Origin: an uncultured Acidobacteriota bacterium
GTDB taxonomy: Bacteria > Acidobacteriota > UBA6911
Assembly (NCBI GenBank): GCA_963843575.1
Contig: CAWJKZ010000020.1
Coordinates: 1-64,000, forward strand
Direction: 5' to 3'
Length of the DNA: 64,000 nt
Shown here: positions 10,344-20,995 of the stretch, one piece after another
How the letters are laid out: each line of letters opens with the position of its first letter
Numbering within the stretch: the stretch's first letter is position 1
Notes under the pieces: generated by a model
The model's database searches: none
Seen by the model: only the letters and a program-made list of their open reading frames with translations
What the model was told of the DNA's origin: nothing
Translations under genes and position numbers: made by a program

Positions 10344-12524
10344 CTAGCGTGTCCCGGTTGTGACGGCAGGCAGAAACGCTGCAATCCCTTCGGCCTCCCG
10401 CCGCAGGCACAGCCTGAACCTGTCCCTTGCACCGATGGCGGCGTAGGCGTCTTCCGCATACCGGTATTCCGATCGAACCTCGCGCTTGAAAACCGGTATC
10501 CCGAGCGGCGACCGTAGGCTCACGAGCGACACCGGCCTCGGCGCCAGCGCCGCCACCAGGTCCGGCAGATCGTAGTGCCCGAGTACGCCGGGTATGACCT
10601 CATCGAAGATCTGCCGGTGAATGGGCGTGCCTGCGATGGCAGCGTAGGAAAGGAGGCCGCCGTCGATCGAGAGGCCTGCGATGCGGTCATCCATGACCGC
10701 GGCATGCAGCAGGTCCACGGCGGCAAAACCCTTGCCGAGCCCCAGGCACTCGCCATCGTACAGCAGGCCTCTCTCGCTCAGCAGATCGATGCCGCGCAGG
10801 ATGTCGTCCATGCGCATGCCCACCAGCGGCTTGCCGACCATGAGGGCCAGCCAGGTCACCTTCGGGTGCCTCAGCCAAGGACTGGCGTCGCTGGATTGCT
10901 CCCAATCCGTCTCCCCGATCCCCGACGGATCCACTGCCAGCACCGGGTAGCCGAGTCGTGCCAGTTCGTCGATCTCGCCGCCCGGCTCGGACGCGGCCGC
11001 CTTGCCGCGATCGTCCACGTAAAGGATGGCCTTGCGCCTGGACTGCTCCTGTTGCGGTTCGGCAAGGAGGGCATCGACGGTGCGTCCCGAACCGGTCGCA
11101 TAGTTGAGATGCGTGAGCCGATACCCTTTTCGCTCCGTCTGCCCGAGTGTTTTGACGTCCAAAGGTCCGTGGGACGCCTCGTAGCGGGTCAGGCGTGTAA
11201 TCTCTTGTCTCAACTCCGCTCTGAGACGGTTCAGGTCCTGCTGTCCGGACAGCCGCGGACGCGAAGGCGTGAGCTTCGACAGCCGGCGCATATTCAACGT
11301 GCTCGGGTTTTCCCCGCCCAGCGAGGTGGAGAGTTGCCCGCTTTGCGTGCAGACCAGGTCCTCCTCATACTCGGTCTGAAACGCCGGCTCGGGAGAGATT
11401 TCGCCACTGCCGCCTTTCAACCATCGGTTCATCCACGCATAAATGGCCTCGCGCTGCTTTTGCGTCGTGCCGTGCGGTCCGGCGTCATACGACGTTGAAA
11501 TCCTGTCGGAGGCGCCCATCAGAGAGTAGATGCGCCGGCTCTCCTCGAAGGTCTTGCGCGACCCCGCGATGGGGAAGAAGTCTTCTGTGGTGGATGCGAT
11601 GAGATACGGTTTGGGCGCGAAAGCCTCCACCAGATCGGCATGATTCAGGCCGTTCTTGAACTGGTCGGGGAACTGCTGCTCGGCATCCTGAGGACCCGTG
11701 CCGAGGAGTTGGTCTTCCCAATCGGTGATGTAGCAGGACGGCGCTGCGACCTGCAGCCGGTCGTCCAGCGCGGCCAGATATGCGGTAAGGGTGCCGCCGC
11801 CGGAACAACCCGATACGCCGATGCGCTTCGGGTTGACGTAGGGCAGAGCCTGCAAAACGTCTATGCTCCGCATGCCGTCCCACACCATGTACCGGGCAAT
11901 GCTCTCCCCTCCGAGCAGACTCTGGATTCCCGCCATGTCGTGCTCCGCCGTGGTGCCGCCCACCCGGGAATCGCCCAGCGCCGGATCGTAGTAGATCCGG
12001 CGCTCGCCCTGGCCGGTGGGATCGTAGGTCAGGACCACAAAGCCGTTCTTCACCAGCCCCAAACCGAGGTTCTGGTAGAAAGCCCTCGCCTTCGCAGACA
12101 AGCTGTGCCCCGTCGGCTGCAAGACCGCCGGATAGGGTGGCTGTCCGGTCTGCGGCACGTACAGGTTCGCCGTGACGTAGAACTGCGGCAGGCTTTCGTA
12201 AATGATCTTCTCGATACGGTAATCGCCGCGGTCGATGGTGCCGATCCTGCGCACGTTCAGAGGCGACCGCTCGCCGGGTAACTCGCCCATCATCGTCACG
12301 AGTTGACGCCGCACCTCCGTTCGCCGCTTCTCAAACTGCTCGCGCGTCTGGATGCCGGAGATCAGGCCCTTCCTCGAGGAGAGTTGTTGCCGAGCGATCC
12401 TCTGCAGGTAAGGCTGCAGCATTCCGCCGGGCGCCTGGTCCTGCGCCATCGCCCCTGCACAGGAGAGAGCCACCGCTGCCGCCGCCATGCACACCAACGT
12501 TTTTGTCGTAGACATAGACTCCAT
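10344..12524 (-). CDS. Secreted alpha/beta hydrolase (acetylxylan esterase-like, two-domain)
   Basis: Signal peptide, YVTANLYVP, GCSGGGTLT nucleophile elbow, DFFPI and GPHG. Confidence 0.85.
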   Translation of the reverse strand: MESMSTTKTLVCMAAAAVALSCAGAMAQDQAPGGMLQPYLQRIARQQLSSRKGLISGIQTREQFEKRRTEVRRQLVTMMGELPGERSPLNVRRIGTIDRGDYRIEKIIYESLPQFYVTANLYVPQTGQPPYPAVLQPTGHSLSAKARAFYQNLGLGLVKNGFVVLTYDPTGQGERRIYYDPALGDSRVGGTTAEHDMAGIQSLLGGESIARYMVWDGMRSIDVLQALPYVNPKRIGVSGCSGGGTLTAYLAALDDRLQVAAPSCYITDWEDQLLGTGPQDAEQQFPDQFKNGLNHADLVEAFAPKPYLIASTTEDFFPIAGSRKTFEESRRIYSLMGASDRISTSYDAGPHGTTQKQREAIYAWMNRWLKGGSGEISPEPAFQTEYEEDLVCTQSGQLSTSLGGENPSTLNMRRLSKLTPSRPRLSGQQDLNRLRAELRQEITRLTRYEASHGPLDVKTLGQTERKGYRLTHLNYATGSGRTVDALLAEPQQEQSRRKAILYVDDRGKAAASEPGGEIDELARLGYPVLAVDPSGIGETDWEQSSDASPWLRHPKVTWLALMVGKPLVGMRMDDILRGIDLLSERGLLYDGECLGLGKGFAAVDLLHAAVMDDRIAGLSIDGGLLSYAAIAGTPIHRQIFDEVIPGVLGHYDLPDLVAALAPRPVSLVSLRSPLGIPVFKREVRSEYRYAEDAYAAIGARDRFRLCLRREAEGIAAFLPAVTTGTR

Positions 12525-12554
12525 CTTACCTGAAGATGATGCGCAACTCGTCCT

Positions 12555-14609
12555 ATGCGAACCTTCCCATTCGTGATCATCCTACTTGTGCTTCCCGGGT
12601 TGGCGGCAGATCACCGCGCGCTGCTGCCGCGCCCGCAGGAAGTCCGCTACACAGGCGGTTCGCTCGGCCTTCGCGGACTTTCCATCCGGTTCGGTTCACC
12701 CCCCGGCGCGGAAGACCTCTTCGCTGCGCAGCAGTTGTCCGCCGGGTTGTCCGTTACGGGAGGGCCGCGGATTGCCATTCAGACCGCGCCGGCATCGGGA
12801 AGCGCGATTGTACTCTACCGCACCGGCGAGAACGCGCCGCTGCCTGGGATGGAGGAGGCGCCAGGGCCGGATGCCCGCGAGTCGTATTCCCTCAAGGTGA
12901 CGCCGCAGGGCGCCGAGATCCGCGCACGCTCTTCGGCCGGGATCTTCTACGGCGTCCAGACCCTGTTGCAGATGGTGGAGGGCACCGGCATCCAGGCCTC
13001 CCTGCCCTCCGCCGAGGTGCGGGACTGGCCGGGAATGCCGTACCGCGGATTCATGATGGACGTCAGTCACGGGCAACGGCTGCGAGTGGAAGAGATCGAA
13101 CGGCAGATCGACGCGCTGGCGCGTTTCAAAGCCAACCAGTATTACTTCTATTCGGAAGCCAGCGTGGAGCTGGAGGGCTACTCGCTCGTGAACCCGGACG
13201 GCCGGTACAGCCAGGAGGAGATGCGGCGTATCATCCGCTACGCCCGGCAGCGCCACGTAGATGTCGTGCCGTGCCTGGAACTCTATGGTCACCTGCACGA
13301 TCTGTTTCGCGTGCAGCGCTTCTCCACCTTGGCGCTGCCGCGCTACGGCCGGGAGTTCGACCCGCGTAATCCGCGCGTGCTGGAAGTGCTTGACGACCTG
13401 GTCGATCAGACTACGAGGCTCTTTCCAAGTCCCTGGTACCACATCGGCTTCGATGAGCCTTGGGCCCTGGGGAAAATTGGGAAGGTGCCCGGCACCGACC
13501 CGTTCGCTACCTATGTCGACATTCTCCGCCACGTGGCCGAACGGGCGCAGCAGAACCACAAGCGCGTGCTGTTCTGGGCCGATGTCTTGAACGGAGCGCG
13601 CATCTTCTCCGAGCATCCCGAACTGGTCGGCAAGCTGCCCAAAGGCACCATCGCCGTGGCGTGGGATTATGACGCCCGCCCGGATTTCACTGGGCACCTC
13701 GAGCCGCTGGCGCGGGCGAAGATCCCGACCGTGGTGGCGCCGGGAATCTGGAACTGGAACGAAATCTTTCCCGACTACCACCGGACTTTCAAGAATATCA
13801 ACGGCCTGCTGGCCTCGGGAAGGAAATACGGCACGCTTGGCGTGCTGAACACGGGCTGGGCCGACAGTGCCCAGACTATCTACCGGGTGTCCCTGCCGGG
13901 TCTGGCGCTGGGCGCGGTGGCGGGCTGGCAATCCGCCCCCGTCGACGAAGCGACCTTCTTCGCAGAGTACGCAGCCCAGGTCTATCCTGCCGCCGTGGCC
14001 GCCGAAGTCGCTGCCGCACTCGAGGAACTCTCCAGCGCCGAGGAAATCTTCATGAAGGTGCTGGAAGGGCCGACGATCCATCGATTCTGGGCGGACCCGC
14101 TGGAACCGAGCCGGCTGAAGCGCAATGAGGAGCAGGAAGGAGAACTGATTCGGGCCCGATTGTTGACCAACAGCGCTGAAGAGCGGCTGCGGAAGGCATT
14201 GAAGCTCAAAGGAGACCCCGCCACCCTGCGGAGCCTCTTGCTCAGCGCGCGGATGTTCGACTACCTCGCGATGAAGAATCTCTACGCGGTGGAGTGGGCC
14301 AGGTACTTCCGGCTGTTGCAGGAGAATCCCGATCCCGAGCTGGTGACCGTCTATGTCGAGATCACGATGGCCACCCAGGACCACGGCATGCTCGCGGACC
14401 TGATGGACGCCATCACGGGCCTGCGTGAAAGTTACCGGGAGGCCTGGCTCACGGAGAGCACCTCGTACCGCCTGGGCACGGCGCTGGCCCGTTGGGACTC
14501 CGAGTGCCAAGGCTGGCGTGAAATGCAGGCGCGCATTCACGAGATGCTGGACGCGCGCAAGCCCGGCGCACCATTCCCATCGATTGAGGCGCTGCGGCCC
14601 CGTCCGTAA
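12555..14609 (+). CDS. Glycoside hydrolase family 20 (beta-N-acetylhexosaminidase-like)
   Basis: Signal peptide, ESYSL, GIFYGVQTL, DWP..YRGFMMDVS, catalytic HIGFDE. Confidence 0.9.
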   Translation: MRTFPFVIILLVLPGLAADHRALLPRPQEVRYTGGSLGLRGLSIRFGSPPGAEDLFAAQQLSAGLSVTGGPRIAIQTAPASGSAIVLYRTGENAPLPGMEEAPGPDARESYSLKVTPQGAEIRARSSAGIFYGVQTLLQMVEGTGIQASLPSAEVRDWPGMPYRGFMMDVSHGQRLRVEEIERQIDALARFKANQYYFYSEASVELEGYSLVNPDGRYSQEEMRRIIRYARQRHVDVVPCLELYGHLHDLFRVQRFSTLALPRYGREFDPRNPRVLEVLDDLVDQTTRLFPSPWYHIGFDEPWALGKIGKVPGTDPFATYVDILRHVAERAQQNHKRVLFWADVLNGARIFSEHPELVGKLPKGTIAVAWDYDARPDFTGHLEPLARAKIPTVVAPGIWNWNEIFPDYHRTFKNINGLLASGRKYGTLGVLNTGWADSAQTIYRVSLPGLALGAVAGWQSAPVDEATFFAEYAAQVYPAAVAAEVAAALEELSSAEEIFMKVLEGPTIHRFWADPLEPSRLKRNEEQEGELIRARLLTNSAEERLRKALKLKGDPATLRSLLLSARMFDYLAMKNLYAVEWARYFRLLQENPDPELVTVYVEITMATQDHGMLADLMDAITGLRESYREAWLTESTSYRLGTALARWDSECQGWREMQARIHEMLDARKPGAPFPSIEALRPRP

Positions 14610-14678
14610 CTCCAGCCTGGCTGGGGTGCGTAATTACCCCTGGCAGGGAATCTATCCGGATACGAGGAGACAACCCCA

Positions 14679-15064
14679 ATGGCCATTCGAGTAGTACGCC
14701 TGGGTAGCCCGAGAACCCCCGGTGAGGGCCTGCGCCTGGGGACGGTTCGCCGCCCGCCGCGCGGCGTTCCCAAGGCCGAGTACGCGTCGCGGGATTTCTA
14801 CGACGTGTGGCTTCCGGATCTCGCGCCTTCGGAGAGCCTGGTCAAGCAGGCGCGGCAGGCTTCTGATGAACGGGCCTGGCGGTCTTCGTGAAGCGCTATC
14901 GAGCCGAGATGAAGCGACCCGAGGCCATGCGCCTCCTCGTTCTCGTGGCCGCCCTGTCCCACCAGACCAGTCTCTCGGTGGGCTGTTACTGTGCGGACGA
15001 AGCGCGCTGCCACCGTTCGGTTCTGAAAGCGTTGTTGCAGGAACGCGGGGCGAACTTTTTGTGA
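14679..15064 (+). CDS. DUF488 family protein; frameshift near 14884
   Basis: MAIRVVRLGSPR...TVRRPPRGVPK...WLPDLAPS continues in another frame as FVKRYRAEM...GCYCADEARCHRSVL to TGA 15062-15064. Confidence 0.85.
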
Positions 15065-15257
15065 CACGGGCAGGCCGGTCCAGGCACCCAGGAAATCACC
15101 GCCGCCGTTGTGAGCGCCGGTTGCACGGAGCCGCGTAATATCCGCGTGCATCAGTGAAAATCCGCGTCCTCGTCAGCGAATATCCGTGTTACGCCTTGCC
15201 TGCGCGGTTCCCGCTCGGCACCTGAATTCCCGCGCTGCCAGCCCTGGCGCCCCTGCG

Positions 15258-16256
15258 TCAGTCCCGGTCCTGACTTCTGGGAATCTCGAGCGTCACCCTG
15301 GTCCCCTTCCCGGGCTCACTCCACAATTCCAGAGAGCTGTTCAGCATGCGGGCGCGCTCGTACATCGTTGCCAGTCCCAGCCCTCGATCCTCCTCTCGGT
15401 TCAGATCGAAGCCTTTACCATCGTCCTCTACGATCAGCGAAAGTCCGCGCTCGCTTTCTTTGATGGAGACCGTAAGATGGCTCGCCTCCGCGTGGTTTTC
15501 GACGTTATCCAGAGCCTCCTGCAGGATTCTGTATGTGAGAATCCCCTCGGCTCCCTTGAGCCGAGGGTCGACGTCGTCGATCGCCACTGTCGTGCTCAGA
15601 TCGCAGTCCGTGGCGCAGTTGGAAACAAGTCGCCGTGCGGCAGCGGTGAATCCCAGATCTTCCAGGATCGCGGGGCTCAGAGCCCGCGACAGACGCCGGA
15701 GGTGTTGAACCACGTCGTCGATGTGCTCCGACGCGTCGCGAAACCCCTGATGGGCGGCGGCCTGATCCAGGTTAATGACTTTTTCCAGGAGCCTCAGTTG
15801 CAGTTTCAGGGCAATCAGAGATTGACCCAAACCCTCGTGCAGCTCGCGAGAAACGCGTCGTCGCTCCTCTTCCTGCGCCGTCAGAAGCTGCGCCGACAGG
15901 AGGTGCAGCTGTTTTTCAGATTGCCGCAACGCCGCTTCCGCTTCCCGGCGCTCGGATATCTGTTCTTCCAGCTGCTTGCCGATCCGGAATAATTCCATGA
16001 TATGCAGCCGCATGGGACGAAACGTGAACATATACAGAAGAGGGAACAGCACCACGATCAGCAGCAGCGCGTCAATCAGAGCCTGTTGCCACTCTGTCAA
16101 TTGCTCACGGAAGGTCGCGAGAAACAACATGAGCCCGGTTTCGGCCACGAAGATCGAGGTCGCAGTCAGGAGAAAGAGCAGTGCGGGTGTTTGTGAGGTG
16201 GTCGATCGCGCCAGACCGGGTTCCCGGAGCCCGTCGGTGACCATTTTCTTGGCCAT
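15258..16256 (-). CDS. Sensor histidine kinase (HisKA_3 / NarX-like), 2 TM
   Basis: QEEERRRVSRELHEGLGQ H-box, YRILQEALDNVENHA N-box, EDDGKGF and GLGL G-boxes. Confidence 0.92.
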   Translation of the reverse strand: MAKKMVTDGLREPGLARSTTSQTPALLFLLTATSIFVAETGLMLFLATFREQLTEWQQALIDALLLIVVLFPLLYMFTFRPMRLHIMELFRIGKQLEEQISERREAEAALRQSEKQLHLLSAQLLTAQEEERRRVSRELHEGLGQSLIALKLQLRLLEKVINLDQAAAHQGFRDASEHIDDVVQHLRRLSRALSPAILEDLGFTAAARRLVSNCATDCDLSTTVAIDDVDPRLKGAEGILTYRILQEALDNVENHAEASHLTVSIKESERGLSLIVEDDGKGFDLNREEDRGLGLATMYERARMLNSSLELWSEPGKGTRVTLEIPRSQDRD

Positions 16257-16604
16257 GATTTGCTCCGCGCACGCACTCAGTTCGGGTCGCCGAACGCGTG
16301 GCGTAACGCGACGACCAGGCCTCGAGGGGGGCCAGCGTTTGGCACAGTTCGGCAAGTATCAACGCAATTTTATGATTTCACAGCTTCAATAAGGACCCAA
16401 GCGAAATCTGCCCGAGTCGGGCCTTTCGAGTCGAACGTGGCCGGGGAGGTCGCCAGATTCTCGGTGACGATCCAGGACGGTATCCGGGTCAAGTGACGGG
16501 AAAGACTGGCCCGCAAGTCCGTCGTCGTTGATTGTTGAGGGGCTTCGGTGGATGATGATAACAATCCCGTGGGGGCATCCACACAGACATACAGGAGGAT
16601 TCCG

Positions 16605-17042
16605 GTGGAAAATCAGAAGAAATCCCTTACCCTCTCGATAGCCTGGATTGTCCTGCTCGTGTTCGGAGTCTTGATCTCGATTGCGGGGATCGGCTCTCTT
16701 GCAGAAGCATACCGCGGAGCGGACCCGTTTCTCGCCGGCGTGAGCTACGACCAGCTCGCCACCCTCAACCCGGCAATACCCAATATGCTTCGCGGACGCC
16801 GGGCCACGGCAGCGTCGCTTGCGGTCACGTCCGGCATGCTCCTGTGTTGGATCGCCGCGACGGCCTTCCGGCGACGACAGAAGTGGAGTTGGTATGCGCT
16901 GCTATCCGCCTTCGGCCTGGGCTCCATCCTGTCGATTCTGCGCGTACCGGCGCTCGGATATCGCGCCGGTGCGGAACCCGCCGGCGTGTTCCTGGTAATT
17001 CTCGTGATAGCACTCGCCATCTCATATCGCGATTTTCGGTAA
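16605..17042 (+). CDS. Hypothetical membrane protein (about 4 TM)
   Basis: AGGAGG RBS before GTG 16605, and four hydrophobic segments. Confidence 0.75.
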   Translation: MENQKKSLTLSIAWIVLLVFGVLISIAGIGSLAEAYRGADPFLAGVSYDQLATLNPAIPNMLRGRRATAASLAVTSGMLLCWIAATAFRRRQKWSWYALLSAFGLGSILSILRVPALGYRAGAEPAGVFLVILVIALAISYRDFR

Positions 17043-17189
17043 GCTCGAGGCGGCTTCCTGCCGGATTCGGCTCAGGGGCACGAAAATCGTTGTCTCAACG
17101 TGGATTGACGAGGGCCCACCGTTCTGCCCCGGCAGGTGGAATGTCAGGCCGGCCCGCTGCGTCGATGATCCGGAATCATCACCCTCACC

Positions 17190-17396
17190 TCATCCCTTTG
17201 TCGGCGGGTTGCTTCGGAATCCGACAACCGGGGACGACTCCTGATCCGGCTCGTCATCTCTCTTGCTGCTCAGTGGCGTCCAGGCATATCTGTTGGTGGA
17301 GGGATCTCCTCCATAGCGCCATACTCTCCCCTCCTCATCGAGTGCGTATAGGACGTTCTGCATCTCGACAATCTGGATAAATCTGGCTTGTTTCAT
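17190..17396 (-). CDS. Small hypothetical protein (68 aa)
   Basis: GGAGGGG RBS before ATG. LYALDEEGRVWRY looks like a natural beta-hairpin sequence. Confidence 0.6.
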   Translation of the reverse strand: MKQARFIQIVEMQNVLYALDEEGRVWRYGGDPSTNRYAWTPLSSKRDDEPDQESSPVVGFRSNPPTKG

Positions 17397-17484
17397 GGAA
17401 TCCCCTCCGATTGAAAATTGTACCTCTTCAGCCTCGGCCTTCACTTTGTCCGGTGACGCCACCCGCGAAACGCCCGCGGGAGGG

Positions 17485-17550
17485 TTGACATAGCCGCAAT
17501 TCGCGCCAGAGTCGCGAATTGCTGATTTTGCAGCCGGCCCCTGATATATT
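17485..17550 (+). promoter_or_regulatory. Putative promoter/operator region
   Basis: TTGACA at 17485, perfect 10-bp inverted repeat GCAATTCGCG-N7-CGCGAATTGC at 17496-17522, extended -10-like TGaTATATT at 17542-17550. Confidence 0.4.
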
Positions 17551-17670
17551 GGCCGTCGTCGGTGGAAAGGTCTCTGGAACAAGGCACAACGCATCGCGTG
17601 GATGCGAGGCGGTCGAACAGATTCCCGAATACCTGCCGGCCTCAGGATGTCGGTGCCGGATGGTTTGGCG

Positions 17671-17836
17671 GTAGTGGGTCCGGGCTTCAGCCCGGACGTC
17701 TTTTGATCTGATCGATTTGGCGACGGGCGCACGTTCTAGCGACCGCAAACAGCGTCCGGGCTGAAGCCCGGACCCACTTGTATTTTGTTTGGATCGGGCT
17801 GATCAACCGTTGGACAGCCTCTTCAGCCCGGACGCC
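17671..17836. repeat. GTAG-type REP cluster (family C; BIME-like)
   Basis: GTAGTGGGTCCGGGCTTCAGCCCGGAC, an inverted copy GTCCGGGCTGAAGCCCGGACCCAC near 17754-17777, and a third partial copy near 17820-17833. Confidence 0.8.
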
Positions 17837-17851
17837 GTTTGGTCCGTCAAG

Positions 17852-20015
17852 ATGCAATTTTCTTTCCTGGTTCTTTTCGCTCTCCTCGGTTGCCTGCTGA
17901 TACCTTCGCCAGCCTGGTCCGCGGATGTGAGACGCGCCACACGCCGTTCGCACCGAGGAGGAGATTCGGGTTGACGGAGTGCTGGATGAGGAGGTCTGGA
18001 GAACCGCCCCGATCATCGGCGAGCTGATTCAAGCCAATCCCTTTGCGGGCCAGCCTCCCACCGAACCGACCGAAGTACGCATAGCCTACAACGACCACAC
18101 GCTGTATTTCGGCGTTCGCTGCTTCTACCGCGATCCCAAGACGATCTTCGCTTCCACTACCGGACGCGATGCCAAGTTCTGGTACGACGACGATTTCGAG
18201 ATCGTGCTGGACACCTTTCATGATCAGCGCAACGCCTACTTTTTCGCCACCAACGCGGCGGGCGCCATGACCGACGGGCGGGTGATCGAGAACCGCAACG
18301 TCGACATCAGTTGGGACGGCATCTGGCACGCCAGGACAAGGATCGACGAGCGGGGATGGACTGCGGAGTTCGCCATCCCGTTCAAGACGCTGTCTTTCAA
18401 TCCAGCCGTCGGCACCTGGGGATTCAACGTCGAACGAACCGTGTCGCGGATCAATGAAGAATCGCGCTGGGAAGCGGCCAGGCAGGATGCCACCATTAAC
18501 ACGGTCGCAAGGGCTGGGGACCTGGAAGGGCTCGAGGGCCTGTCCCAAGGCATTGGCCTGGATATCAAGCCCTACGGGTTGCTGGGCGTCGACCGCGACG
18601 TCACGCGCCCGGACCGCGTGCAGCCGGTCCGTGACGTCGGAGCGGACATTTTCTATCGCATCACCCCCAACCTGCTCTCCAGCACGACGATCAACACCGA
18701 CTTCGCCGAGACCGAGGTCGATACCCGCCAGGTGAACCTTACCCGCTTTCCACTGTTGTACCCGGAGAAACGGGATTTCTTCCTGGAAGACGCCGGCGTT
18801 TTTCAGTTCGGCATCCCGGCCAACGCCTCGACATTGATCCCGTTCTTTTCCCGAAGGATCGGGCTGGTGGGGGGTAAGACGACTCCCATACTGCTCGGGG
18901 AGAAGTTGACGGGCAGCGTAGGCAGGCTGGCGCTGGGAGTCCTCGACGTGAAGACGCGGGACTCCGACGTGGCGCCCGGACAGAACTTCGCCATCGGGCG
19001 CGCCAAGTACGGTTTCTGGCATCAGTCCTACATCGGCGGCATATTCACCCACGGCGAACCCTCGGGCGATACCAACAACAGCCTGGCGGGAGCCGACGTT
19101 GCCCTGGCCACCTCCAACTTTCTGGGCACGGGCGAGAACTTCGATTTTTCGACGTTCGGGGCGCGGACCGACACGCCGGGCCTTCACGGCCGCGACTTCG
19201 CTTACGGGGCTCAAGCCAGGTACCCGAACGACCTTGTGAACCTGGGATACAGTTGGCAGGAGGTCGGGGAGAATTTCAACCCGCAACTGGGCTACGTGCG
19301 CCGCCGGGGAGTGCGCATCAACTCGCTGTCGGGCAAGCTCGGCCCGCGCCCGCAGGTGTGGAACATCCGCCAATTGACCTTCGGTCTTGCCTTCGACAAC
19401 TACTCCAGCACGATTCACAACGCCGTGGAATCGAGGACCTGGACCTTCACCCCCCTCGGGTTAAGCTTCCACGGCGGGCAGCGGCTGGAGTACAGCCTGG
19501 TTAAAAACTTCGAGCGGCTTTTCGAGCCATTCCAGATTCACCAGGGCATTGCGATTCCCCAGGGGGGGTACTCTTTTCTTCAGCACACGCTGACTTATCG
19601 CAGCCCAGCAAACGCACCTCTGTCGTACACCCTGGAATACGACAAGGGCGCATTCTACAGTGGGGACAGCGACCAGTTCATCGGCACCCTGAGCTGGAGG
19701 AAGAGTTCCCGGCTGACCACGGGGATTGAATTCCGTCAGTATTGGGTCCGGCTGAAGGAAGGGGATTTCGACACTTCGCTGACGATCTTCCGGCTCGACT
19801 ATTCGTTTAACCCGTACGTTCACCTGACGAATTTTCTGCAGTATGACACCAACAGTCAGAACATCGGCCTGCAGAGCCGCCTGTACTGGATCATCAAGCC
19901 GGGCAATGAGATCTACCTGCTTTTCAACCACGAGTGGCAGGAGAATGCACTCGAGCGCTTCGCGGCGGTGCGCACCGACGCGAGGATAAAGCTGAACTAC
20001 ACTTTCCGGTTTTGA
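17852..20015 (+). CDS. CBM9-like/DUF5916 outer-membrane protein; frameshift near 17940
   Basis: Signal peptide MQFSFLVLF...AWSA, then a frame change to HAVRTEEEIRVDGVLDEEVW. Motifs WTAEFAIPF, INTDFAETEVD, PEKRDFFLE and FFSRRIG. C-terminal YTFRF beta-signal. Confidence 0.85.
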
Positions 20016-20237
20016 ATAAGCATCGTCAGACAAGCTGCTATGATCCACCAGAGGCTGCCGGTGCCGACTTGAGCCTGTTCCTCGGAGGACACAGGACGAC
20101 GCGGCAGCTATCGGACGCGGCCGGTCGCCCAGTGTGGTTCATTGTTCTTGATCCGCGACGACCCGCGTCCGGCAAAAACGCTATACACTCGGGCAACGAG
20201 AGCATCAGAGGCAGCATCCGAAACCAGGAGGGAAGAC

Positions 20238-20723
20238 ATGCCCGCAGCGCTTTCCACCGCCCAAGTCTGGAGAGAAATCGGGAAGGAGATGTTTGCAGTA
20301 CTGGCATTCGTCTCCCCGAACGGCGAGCCGCGCACGGCCGGAATCGTCTACGCCGAGGCCGGTCACCGGTTGTATATCGGCAGCGAACGCACAGCCTGGA
20401 AGGTGCGCCATATCGAGAAGAATCCGAACGTTTCCCTGACGGTCACGATCGCGAAGAGAATCCCGTTCATCCCCTGGATCAGGATTCCTCCGGCGACGGT
20501 CACGTTCCAGGGGAAGGCCTGGGTGTGCAGGCTGGACGATGTCGAAGAAGAGGTGAGACGCCGGCTGTTCCGCGGCCTGGAACTCGGCGAGGAGGTCATG
20601 GAAAAGATCTGCATCCTGCGCGTGGAACCCGCGGGGGAATTCGTCACGTACGGAGTCGGGGTGCCGCTGCACACCATGAGACGCCCGGAGCAGGCGCGCG
20701 GCCGTGCCCCGGTCTCGGAGTGA
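20238..20723 (+). CDS. Pyridoxamine 5'-phosphate oxidase-like (split-barrel flavin-binding) protein
   Basis: AVLAFVSPNGEPR and KVRHIEKNPNVSL. RBS AGGAGG. Confidence 0.85.
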   Translation: MPAALSTAQVWREIGKEMFAVLAFVSPNGEPRTAGIVYAEAGHRLYIGSERTAWKVRHIEKNPNVSLTVTIAKRIPFIPWIRIPPATVTFQGKAWVCRLDDVEEEVRRRLFRGLELGEEVMEKICILRVEPAGEFVTYGVGVPLHTMRRPEQARGRAPVSE

Positions 20724-20734
20724 TCCAAATAATC

Positions 20735-20980
20735 TGGAGTGCGGCGCCTGGGCGCCGCTTTGGCCTGGGTGCTACGGCCGAAAAACTCGGCGCCCATCCG
20801 GGCTGCGGTGGCGCCGAGGCGCCTCAGCGAAAGCGGCGTCGAGCCGCCTGGGCGCCGCTTTCCACATTGGTCCTGGCCGAAAAACTCGGCGCCTCGGCGC
20901 CGCCCCGGACCCTGTCCGGATCCGGTCAACGGCGGCGCCCAGGCGCCGCCCACAAAGCGGCGTCGAGCCGCCGCACTCCA
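20735..20980. repeat. Composite REP-like family B element between convergent genes
   Basis: Terminal TGGAGTGCGGCG/CGCCGCACTCCA. Internal duplicates of CCTGGGCGCCGCTTT, GGCCGAAAAACTCGGCGCC and AAAGCGGCGTCGAGCCGCC. Confidence 0.8.
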
Positions 20981-20995
20981 CACTGCGGCCTGGAA

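Noticed and set aside
14870-14895. Programmed ribosomal frameshift in the DUF488 gene
   Set aside because: No slippery heptamer or stimulatory structure is present. An indel is the simpler explanation.
15258-16256. Orphan histidine kinase as a notable system
   Set aside because: Unpaired HisKA_3 kinases are common, and the partner may be encoded elsewhere.
16465-16525. SAM-I-like words ATCCAG and GACTGGCCC
   Set aside because: The downstream GCAACC and GTGC-AA-TCC core elements are missing.
20735-20980. Direct repeats considered as a mini CRISPR array (also 17671-17836)
   Set aside because: Mixed orientations, no regular unique spacers and no cas genes. The pattern is REP-like.
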